NCBI GenBank assembly: GCA_002633005.1
Contig: NMRA01000345.1
Span: 186,001 to 250,000 of the forward strand
DNA from: Phoronis australis
Lineage: Eukaryota > Animalia > Phoronida
DNA: 64,000 nucleotides
Reading direction: 5' to 3'
Of this stretch, positions 1 through 10,500 are shown piece by piece (the first letter of the stretch is position 1; every line of letters starts with the position of its first letter). The position numbers were made by a program, and so were the translations under genes. The notes below the pieces were generated by a model. That model had not been told where the DNA came from and made no database searches. It was given only the letters and a program-made list of their open reading frames with translations.

Positions 1-361
1 ATTCCTTTCTTACTGTGGCGCTGCAGACGACGTTCACCTCAAAAAGCGGAAGTTGCTCTTTATGTTTCGGAGGAACGTAAATTGTCAACATTGCCGGGGC
101 ATCTGGGATAGCGTGGTGGGATTTTCAATGGCGTCTCGTGTTATTGTAAACCGCGGTGACAAATACTACGGTTCTGCAGCCAAAAATGTGTGGGTTGGGA
201 GTGGACGGACGAGCTAAAAAACGCAGACACATGCTACTGATGGTGGTAACATTTCTTTCTTTTTTCAGTCCTCCCGATCGACCATTTCAAGGCTGGGTAG
301 CGCGCATGTTTTGGGCCGTAAAAGTTTCCGCGTTTTTTGTCATTGGTCATTCCAAGCCCTG
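1..361 (-). mobile_element. Non-autonomous DNA transposon (hAT-like MITE), partial copy cut by the window edge, in DOHH intron 3
   Basis: Reverse-complement match to 28732-29121; ends in TIR ATTCCAAGCCCTG at 349-361. Confidence 0.8.
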
Positions 362-629
362 ATGTACTGTGTAGATGTAATAAAACAACTTTTGGTACAT
401 TTTCCATTATTCGCAGCTTTTGTAGCAACCAAGCCTTGTATCAGAGGGTGAAAATAATTATAGTAGTCCATGAGAATGGAAATACAGATTGTGAGATAAG
501 AAATGGATTAATGACAACAGAATGTTCACAGTGAGTATGTTGGTATGGTTGATGAGGGAGGAATACAAGCTGCCCTGAATTTCCCCTTGAACTCGACAAA
601 CGGGCATTTCAGTTCTCCATATGTATTAC

Positions 630-870
630 CTTCACACAGAGCCCACACAGATTCTCGGTCACCTCTGTTTCGTAATGTGAACATGGCTCGGTACCTCTCG
701 AACAACGACAGGTCCTCACACAAGAGCGTGGCCTTCAGTTTAGCAGTGCACGTCTCACCACTAGGTGGTGCTGGGTCCACAGATTTGTATGGGTTGCTTG
801 GCAGAGTTTCACCGTCCTCAGCATGTAACCAAGAAATTTTCTTCAAGGCCAGGTCACATGTTTCTGCAAT
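630..870 (-). CDS. DOHH: DOHH coding exon 3 (241 nt)
   Basis: gattag|IAETCDLALKKISWL...SVDPAPP...RYRAMFTLRNRG...ALCEG|gtaata. Confidence 0.93.
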
Positions 871-2789
871 CTAATCACGCAAATACACTATCATAAGGAC
901 TTTCATTACAACATAAATCTTACGAGTGTTTATTTCATTGACATGTACCTTATTTTTAGTATAACTTAACCACTGAATGAAACTTACATCAACTTACTAA
1001 TTCCTATTCTTTTAAATCTTAATTCTTGAAATGGGTGAACCAAAATTTTGAGTTTAAGCAATATAACCATTTTACTAACCAAAAAATTAAGAAGAAAGCT
1101 TTTCAGGTAATAAGATAAAAAAGTAGAATAATTAAGTACAGCCGATCCATGTTACAACAAACCGGCCCTGGCATCCTAAAACATTGACTGTAACTGAAAT
1201 TCTGAGTCTGTAACTACATCAACACAGCTTGGCACATGTAGAATGAATCCTTTGTCCGTTGTAACCCCCAATCGACAGTACAGCAGTTACACTCACTTCT
1301 TGATTCGAATTTTCTAAATTCTTCTGCAAAACTGCAATGGCCTCCTTTGAGCCTATGGCACCAAGGGCCTCCCCTAAAACCAAATGAAAAAATGGTAATA
1401 TCATTCAAACCATACACTTTCTAGTTTTGGTAACAGTAACTTTAGGCACTATACTCACTTGTGTGTATATTTCTTCCAGCAACAATTCTGCTGTGTAGAT
1501 CGTGCACCTTAAAAAATTCACTAACAAAATCAAAACTTCATTTCAGTGCATCATTATCAATTGGCAACTAGGCAATTTTGAGAACCAATTCACTGAATTT
1601 CGCCAGTTCATCCACTGAATAACCACCCGATATTCCAGTCACTAAGTAGCAAGACTGCCTCGTCCACCAGTCTGCTCACCTACTAGTGCCAAACAATGTA
1701 TAGTGAAAATCCTTGGCATTTCATGAGTGCGCTCAAAAATAGTTCGACAATGAGACAAATAAGGAGAAAGGGAAACAGTAAAAGTTATCAAAGCAGAAAT
1801 GGCCATTTGGCATTGTTTTCGATGTCAGATATTACAAGATGTCACGCTTTTTTTTCGTCTAAAAATACATGAGGAGATAATCTGACTGGCTCCAACTTCC
1901 AAGTAATGTCAAATGTTGGCTGATGAAGTAAAACCCACAGTAATTGCTTGGTTCTCAAAGTCAGGTGCTGCTATTGTTGAGAAGTGCCCTGAAAGTGATC
2001 ATATTAATGGTGCATTTTACTTTGTTCAGCTGGCTAAAAAATGAAAATCATGAAATCGGTCTCGAGGAAACTTGACAAGATCACTCTAATAATCATATTC
2101 ACGTTGATAAAAATTACATGTTAATAAAATAACGTTAATTTAACCAATCTTTTTTCAACTATTGGCCATCTTATTCACCAAATAATAATTGATTTAACCC
2201 GTAACCGCTCACATATTCCTCCGATTCTTTGACACAAGTTATGCTAAGGGAGGAAATGGGTGATCATGAGGCCGACAATTACAGAAATTCTTTACACAGA
2301 ACAAAAAATTTTCCCCTGATTATGCAAATGAATATTCAGTTCCAAGTTCACGCATTTAAGCAGGATTCCAAGTTCACACAAAGCAATGGCGAAAACCAAC
2401 CAACCAACCCAGGCTGAGCATTTGCCCAATCAAAATCGCGATTTAATCGATCAGTGCAGCCAATCCCCCAAAACATATTATCTTTGTAAGTCATTTTCAA
2501 GAATAATTGGCAAACCTGCTTCATGTCGCACGATTATTTCTTGTTTGTCGTCCTCCAGTATTTCCATCAAGAAAGGAATAGCACGAACGTCTTGCATTTG
2601 TCCCAAACAATATCCCAGTTCATGTTTCAGTAATTCAGAAGAGTCACCAAAACAATTTAAAATATTCCTGATAGCATCTTCACCCCCAATGTTTCGTAGG
2701 GTGAAAAGTGCCCTGAATCTTTGTTTCAACGGCAGTGATTGATTTAAAAGAACCTGTCCTATTCTGTCGACTGCATTCACGTTTTCCAT
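630..2789 (-). CDS. DOHH: Deoxyhypusine hydroxylase, 5' part (3 coding exons: 2516-2789, 1297-1373, 630-870); remaining exon(s) lie left of the window
   Basis: Spliced translation MENVNAVDRIGQVLLNQSLPLKQRFRALFTLRNIGG...SELLKHELGYCLGQMQD...IIVRHEAG|EALGAIG...NQE|IAETCDLAL...YKSVDPAPP...LFERYRAMFTLRNRG. Has HE metal-binding motifs and HEAT-like repeats; GT-AG introns with matching phases (1,0,1). Confidence 0.96.
1297..1373 (-). CDS. DOHH: DOHH coding exon 2 (77 nt)
   Basis: ttttag|GGGAGGCC = (G)EALGAIGSKEAIAVLQKNLENSNQE; donor gtgagt. Confidence 0.93.
2516..2789 (-). CDS. DOHH: DOHH coding exon 1 (274 nt)
   Basis: ATG at 2789; RFRALFTLRN, LLKHELGYCLGQM, VRHEA; donor G|gtttg. Confidence 0.95.
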
Positions 2790-3070
2790 TTCGTGTGGTT
2801 TTGCAATAACATGGTTATGTAAGCTGTCTGCCGCCACCTGGCGACCAGCATCCAAGTGCGTTAGTTGGCTCACACCGTAGACTGAGAATATTTTTTAATC
2901 AACGTATCAAATTTGAGTGGGCTGAAGACAGACAAATTGTACACACCCGATCATCAGCAAACTAATTGGGGATAAAAACTTCACTGTGTGAACATTGGCA
3001 GGCCCGGATGGTCGCCGAGGTCTCAGTCCGGTGGGGGAGGCCCGCGGGCGGGCCCGGCCGGCCAGTAGAT
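2790..3070 (-). promoter_or_regulatory. Probable DOHH 5' UTR/promoter with a CTCF-like motif (2828-2844) and a GC-rich block (3000-3065)
   Basis: Lies directly upstream of the ATG; minus strand reads TCGCCAGGTGGCGGCAG; local CpG/GC enrichment in AT-rich DNA. Confidence 0.4.
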
Positions 3071-5488
3071 GTGTCCAGGCCAAAGATCTTCCTATTGTAC
3101 AGAATATCTCAAGTGTGTCTTTGGGAATTATGAGAACAAAATGTTACTAATTGCCAGCGTTTTAGAGAGTTGACCTTCCTGAAAATTAAAAGGGAATCGG
3201 CTTCAGTCTAGCCGAATTACGTTACTGACAACTACGGTTTCATGGTCAGTCAGTTCCTATCTATTCGAAGATCACTGAACATGCTATATAGTGGCCCAGA
3301 GTGCCTGGATGAATGCCGTCTATAGTATTTTGTAACCTTTTCAATGCAGTGTATCACTTGTCTGTGTGCCCACGTTTGAATGCCACTGTGACGATTAGGT
3401 GAGTGAAGAATAATGGGATGTTTTCATCAGTTTGTGCTTGGCCGGGCCCGGCGACGCGTTCTGTCAGTCACACTCGATCCTCAGTAAAGTCATTTCTCTG
3501 TATCAAGATCCTTTTCGTGCACTGGACGTTTTAAACTCAGTACTTATTCATAGAGTCATAGACAGGCTGTATTCTGCGATCATCAGTGTTAGATGTTCCA
3601 AAGCTTCGTTCCCACTGCATCAAGAATGTCGACCAATGTTTTGATAAAGATGTAACATATACTATATACAATCTCTTCCGTCAAAAACTTTTAATCTACT
3701 TAAGGAAATTGTTCTGTCAATTTGTTCCTCCCTCAAATTAGAGATGACTGGCTTGGAAAAAGTGAAAGTTCGTTAGCCTATAATTATGCATGTGGCGGTC
3801 ACCAGAACATAAAATACTTTTTCTTCACTTCAAAATGGCACTATTGGGCTTCCGTATGCTTTAGACCAGGCGGCGCAACAAGATGACTTCAGTGCGACAG
3901 CGCCCAGGCAATTATGAACTGGCATCTGTTCTTTCGAATCCCCTATACCTCATATGAATGAGAACAAGTTGTGTGACCAGGAGTTCGGCTTCTCTGGCGA
4001 ACTTGAAGGCCGGTTTACCGAGTGGTTGTAAAAGAAGCAGCGTGCTAGAACAGGTAAATGCGAAGAAAAGTACGGAGTATAGATCAGAGGGTTATTAAGA
4101 AAATCCCATTAATAGCCCTGTGGTCTTCATTCCTTATTTTCTCCTCACATTTATTTTTGCTTAGCATTTTCTCGCATATGCTCCCAGTGGCGCATTTAGG
4201 GGGAGGGGCCTTTGTGTTGCTTTTTTACCTGCTCATTTGTTTTGTTCACGGGCGTGGCTGTTTTAAAGTGGTTTTAATTATCCATAATTGTCTTGAAAAT
4301 GGATCTACGCATCATTGCCAATGTCTGTAATGGCCAAAAATGCTTCGTAAGCTCTGTGACCACATCCTGCTAATAAAAAGACGTGGAAAGTTCTTAAGGG
4401 GATATCACAGATTTGCCACCACAAAGTTATCCCTTACCGCGTGGAGTAACCGCAAATAGAAAGCAATTTTAAAACAGATATTTTAAGTAGCCTTAGTGGA
4501 AGCATTGTTCCCATGTTCATGTGGGAAGCATTTGTCTTTCCCCACAACCCACTTCCTAAGATACGTTGTGACGTCAGATCTTCTTCCTACGCCATGGCTT
4601 TGTTCTTACAGATGACAGAAAAGTGCTGCATCTTCATCTTTGCCAATGTCCAACCAATGTTTTGGCTGGTGATCCTCTGATAGTATCCTATTGTGACACG
4701 AGAGTGTTTGAAGAGCAAATATTTAGCTTAAGAGTAAGGATTAAGAATAACAACACGAACAATTAACAGTAATGTGTATTTCATAATGAATACAGTCACA
4801 TTCACCATTTCACACACAGATCACATTTGGAGCAAGTTTTCTCACATTCTCACATTCACTTCCAAACACTCGTTTTTGAAAGACATCGTTTCAGTCATTA
4901 TGAAAATATATAAAGTCGAACTTTTGGCCAAACCAAATATTTCCCAATACTTGGTTTCAATAATAATGAAAACTTGCTGCATATGTACAAGAACATTAAA
5001 ACAGATAATTCAATTGATTCAACTTTGTACATCAATGTATCTTCAGATCATAGTATCATTACACAAAATGTATTATACACATGTGAACATTTTGTCATTC
5101 CAAAACATGTACCCATCAAATGAGAGCATAAGGTGAAAATTCTTCAATTTGGGACACAATGTTAGGGACAGATGAAATTTCCTTTTAGCCAAACTTTTCA
5201 ACTAAACTAACTTTTCGTGGAATTTTACTTTGCTTTTAGCACGGTTAGTATGATGTAGCTATTACCAAACACTGTTTGGCAAAATTTTGAGCATTTGTAA
5301 AAATGTGGTAAGCCTCTGAAAAATATTTTTGTCCCACATGAAGAATTTTTACCATACACTTTTCACATCAACTTGGCCTATATCAAATTGCAGCATTTCC
5401 ATCACTTCATCTGAAGGTTTCTTTTCCAGATGTCTGTTATTAAACTTTAATAACCAGTTTCAAAATTTTAAAGCGCCTTTCGCAATAC

Positions 5489-5987
5489 AGAGTTAGTACG
5501 GTGAACTAACATTCTTTTTCAACCACAAGAATTTTAGACCCAGAGCGAAAGGTGATCCAGATGGGTCTAAATTTAGTACGGTACTAAAGATAGTACAATC
5601 GAAAAGACCAGACTAGCACAGTGCAAAAGGTTTTGTCGGGACTATATTGTACCACCATCCTAAATTATCACCCCACTTCACGCGAGAGCGGAGTTCTTCC
5701 CGCCATTTTGTGCACTCTCAAAATTGTTGCTATTTCTGTCTACTCACTGTTCACAGTACCATTTCAAACTAACCATGTCTCAAAATAAGAACAGAAGAGG
5801 CAATTGGTGGTGTGATCAGTATTGCGGTACAGCGTAGCGACATCTTGTGTTTAGTACGATGCAACAATTTGAAGTTAGGACGGTGGCGTGCTAGTCTGGT
5901 CAAGTGAGAAAGGTGACAGTTTGGTACGGTAGGTTATCATGTTGATATAAAATGTGTTCTTACTACGAACTAGTCCGGACTAACTCT
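5489..5987. mobile_element. MITE, ~500 bp
   Basis: TIR AGAGTTAGTACGG / CCGGACTAACTCT; flanking direct repeat AATAC (5484-5488, 5988-5992); internal inverted pair GACCAGACTAGCAC/GTGCTAGTCTGGTC. Confidence 0.7.
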
Positions 5988-6049
5988 AATACGAAAACAG
6001 TGTCAGTTTCACTCCCGTGAGTTGGTAATAACATAATCACAGAACTGAA

Positions 6050-6525
6050 TGATTGAGAACCAGTAACATCACCGCAACAGTAGCAAATCAAGAATTCAGA
6101 GCCAATGACACCACCTAAGTAGTAGCAACTGAATGATTCAGAGCCAATGACATCATCCTAAAAGTAGTAGATGCTGAACAGTGTAGAGACTGTGACACAG
6201 CAACAGCGCCAACCGAAGAATGTTTCAGAGCCAGTGACATCACCACAAAAATAGCAACTTGTTAATTCAGAGCTTGTGACATCACCACAAAAGTAGTAGA
6301 TGTTAAAGAATTACAAGTCACTATAATTGTACAATAGGAATTGAATGAATCAGAGCCACTGACACCCCCACAACATTCAGCACCAGTGACATCACCACAA
6401 CATTCAGAACCAGTGACATCACCATAACATTCAGAACCAGTGACATCAAAACAGTAGCAATTAAAAGATTCAGAGACAGTGACAACAGTGATACTCGAAT
6501 GATTGAGTGCCAGTGACACCAACAG
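6050..6525. repeat. Degenerate minisatellite (core CATTCAGAACCAGTGACATCACCACAA, 27-40 bp units)
   Basis: About a dozen recurrences of TCAGA(A/G)CCA(A/G)TGACA; most regular at 6350-6450. Confidence 0.85.
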
Positions 6526-7436
6526 AGCTGAAACACTTGTATAATTTCCCCCTGAGTACCTTACCAACAGACGTCGCTTTATTCATAGCAGTAGATTGCA
6601 CAGATCTCTGTTCTTATCATGATTAGCATCACTACATTTTCAAAAATCTCAAGTCACAACCAGAGTTGATCTCAACTATTTACAGTAAGTCGTTCACGAA
6701 ACACCTAGAAAGAAACAGCTAATTCCCAAACATTGACGCTCGTAAGCTCCTTCCAGTGAGGAAGAGATAACGTATAGTCAAGTCTTAATCAACAAAACTT
6801 CATATACAGGGAGGCGTGAAGGCAAAACAAAATGTGTCACCTCAGGAAAGGAGCACTCCTAACATTGTAAGGATGATGCAAATGAATCATAGAATAAATT
6901 AACATCAATTATGCAATTCTTTACACTGATGGTATCCATATAAGTACAATCTCAACGTTGAACTCAAATGTTTCACTCCGACAACTATATACTCGAGCAT
7001 AGGGATAGGACTAGTACTGCTATGGTCAAGATAACAGATCAAAAGATACTTGTGTTTTCACAATACAGTTTAAATAATAACCCTTGCAATCTCCGTACAA
7101 AGTATCTTTTTGACCACAAGTGGCAGTGCCATTGCGAGGGCATAAAACGTTCATCGTAGTTGGAGTGACTGCAGTGAGTTGGTGCAGAATACCATTATAA
7201 ATGATGGGGGTGCAAACCGATCAGTGCACGAACACAAGTGATACTCGACTGTAAAGACGGGCAAACCAAGGGAAATAACAGTTGGTGGAAAATTTACAAA
7301 ATAAAAACTTCCCGATGAAGTGGAGTTTGCATGCCACCCGTATGGCACAGTTTAATTTTCAAATCCTCACGGACCATGTGTGCACATGAACTGTGTCTGC
7401 GACTAATAAAGAGTCCAGTGTCGCGAGGTCTACCCG

Positions 7437-7530
7437 TTACCTGCGCAGTTTTCGAGTAGCTTTCTTGATCAATCGGCTCTTGCCCGGTGCAGACGGTGGA
7501 TTAAACATGTTAGATGAGTTACTAGAGGCA
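7437..7530 (-). CDS. NUP153: NUP153 exon 24 (last coding exon)
   Basis: ttgcag|(N)ASSNSSNMFNPPSAPGKSRLIKKATRKLRR-TAA; basic tail like vertebrate Nup153 RKIKTAVRRRK. Confidence 0.93.
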
Positions 7531-10500
7531 CTGCAACAAAACAGGACTATTAGTCACAATGATTCAAATTTCCGGTAACCCATGGTCACTTTCGAATCTC
7601 TCAAAAAGAATACGTTTTTATCAAACACCAGACTCCAGTTTGGCTACAACACACTGGGTGATCACTTTATGAGAACTTTTTGAATTACATAGGAGTACAG
7701 ATTAATTTTTGCAAGCCAGTAAGTTGCTTTCAGAATCGGTGATCAGTCATTGCTGAAAGTTTAAAACTAAAGATTGATTAAAGAAAAAAAAACATCCCGA
7801 CTCGTGTGATCAAATCCATCACTTTTTGGTATACTGGCCTCTTTTATGATGCAAAGGTTTTTAAAGCACATTCAATGTGACTACAGATTCCAAAACAATG
7901 CCGACACCTACGTCTGTTTTCGTAATAATTTCAGGCAAAAAAATGCAGATAATTTTCAATGAATTACTTTTAAATTACACCACTACTGTCATTTTCGCAA
8001 CACAAAGTCAGGTTAACTCTGACTAAGTTTGTCAGTGATTTTTTTAACTTGATCATTTACATAACTACACTAAAGGTGTAAACTCTTAAGTGCCGACACA
8101 TCCCCCCCCAACATGTCAACTCACAGACACATCTACCCAGCAGTCTATAAAGCAGAGCAACTCACTTGAACTGGACAGGGCCTGCTGAGAAGTTGAAGGT
8201 GGGCTGAGCATCGGCTGAACCAAAATTGAACCCGCCGGCATTCGGTCCTTGAGAGTCTGTACCCTGTAACACAGAGTGGATGTTTGGTAAAAATAACGTC
8301 AAATGCATTATACCGAAGCTTCAAGGGTTGGCTGAAAACCTGTTAATGTTAACTGGGGTGCCCTCAATAGACACGAGAAACTCGCCAAAAAGCAAGATCA
8401 TGATTCTTGCCGTACATGCATTGCGAGCGTCTGGGATCTGCAGAAAGTAGCTCTGGTATAGAGAAAAAAAGGGAGACGATTAACTTCCAATGGCAAGATG
8501 TAGAAAGTTTTTGGACTCCTCAAGACAAAGGATGTGAAATTTTCTAATATCCATTATGTTGAGCAAAAACGGCAAGCCCAGGTTTCAACTCGGAACAAGT
8601 TTTGATTTTCTATGAGTTTTCCAGAATATAATTCTCAATTCACAAGAGTTGCCTTTCACAGCAAACAGTAATTTTCGCAACTGACCTAACTGAACACCTG
8701 AGCTGCCAACGCGACTCACAAAATGAACACCTTCTATTTAAAGAAATTTTCCAAGGTTTGCATTCGTGGGCTTTTTCTTAAAGCTGCATCTTGCTCAGTT
8801 GGCTTTTGTTTTCCACGTTTTCCACACATGGAAACTGTTATTGACATTTCCATGCTTTCGGTGGTGACTGGGAAGCACATAACCACAAACAATAAATCCA
8901 CATCTCCTCAGGCATAAGAACATAGATTACAATAGAGGAACTCCAAAAAGGGGGTAAAGCTTACATCCGGGGGGCTTACATGGTAAAGGTGTGTATAGAA
9001 ACCGACACTTGTGTACCATGTAACCTGAGTACCAGATATTTCAGAAAATATGCAGATTTTAGTGGAGAGACAAGACACTTAAAATTAGCTCTTTAACATA
9101 ACCGATGGTGACGCTGTGACCCTGTGCCCTACAAAGCTTATTTGATCACATCACTTGACCCTACTAATTGCAACCCCTACAATACGTATAGACGCTTCAG
9201 TAATACAGTGGAACCGGCTTAATGTCATCGCCTCAGTTTTGACGTAAACCATCACAAAAAGCAGGATACTCCATGGTCCATTAAGCAGGTTCTGACTTGG
9301 GTGGTGATCGACACCTTTCTTATACGCTTATCGTGCTTAGTAACGACTATCAAAACAACACAGCTAATCAAGAAAAAACAGAATTTTAACAATTGCGCCC
9401 AGTTAAGAGAAAGTGAATTGAAGACTTGGACTGGTTTTAAGACAGAAAAGCGAACGTTCATTATGCTCATAAGAGGGTGATAATAAATAATAAACTGATT
9501 TTTGAAGACAACACCGTGAATATGGCAATAGATTATGACAAAATGGGAGTTATTTTACATGGGTTCCATAGGAAACGATTCGTTTCTCGACATTTCATGA
9601 CAATAACCAGAATATGCTATTATGCGGTATGACATTACGTGGTCTCCACTGTGTACGACCCTACATACCTGACTGGCATTGAAGTTGAATACACCAGGAG
9701 TTGGTGCATTGGCAGCAGCACTGAAGTTGAATCCAGAGGTTGCATTGGGGTTAAAGGTCGACGCTGAAATGGAAGAAAGACACATGAATAATCAACTTCC
9801 TTCTGAATTCTATATGTGTGCAATGAACATGCTATAAAACACGCAACGTCTAACTTACTTAAACTTTGTTGACTGTGCCATAAAATGACACTAGCATGTT
9901 CGTTTGGGAGACGGGCACAAGAAGTCATTTAATATGTTAATGAACCCAGTTTTTACCTTGTCAGAGAATGATTCAGATTTGCACATTTTAAATGAAATAA
10001 TGCTAAATCCTCAAAGCTTTCGAGCAAATTTGAAAATTCCTTACAAATCCTGTTAAATCAGCAAGCATGATCAACGCTGTAAGGTTTCGTAGTACTCTAC
10101 AGAAAATGTAGTCACATTCAGAAATGGTAACTTTCAGACAGTACTATGATATGTGTTCTCCAAAGCACCGTTAGGAATTGCTTTTAAAATGTACCACACT
10201 TTTGTATGAATGGGTAAAGAAAATCAGACTTATAAGGTTTTCATTGAAAAAAATCATAAGTTGCACAAAACAAAAGCGAAATGACAATTTTTTAGAAAAC
10301 CATCAGCGTTTTTGAATTTTCATTTTAAACTTTATATAGGCCGAAATTTGGCCACTTCATCGACATCACTGTTTACCTATCAATCTAACTTTCTTTCCCG
10401 CAAACTTTTACTAAAAGACATGGTAATGTGATTTAATTTGTGGTGGGTTGGTAAAGAAGTTAAAAATTAATTCGACTTTTTTCTTTCACGAAACACTCGG

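Noticed and set aside
2790-2873. N-terminal extension of the DOHH ORF in the ORF track (MSQLTHL...)
   Set aside because: Starts at a GTG; homology begins at the ATG at 2789
3786-3802. TGCATGTGGCGGTC resembles the vertebrate 7SK 3' stem
   Set aside because: No closing stem and no 5' GATC-GATC hairpin; chance match
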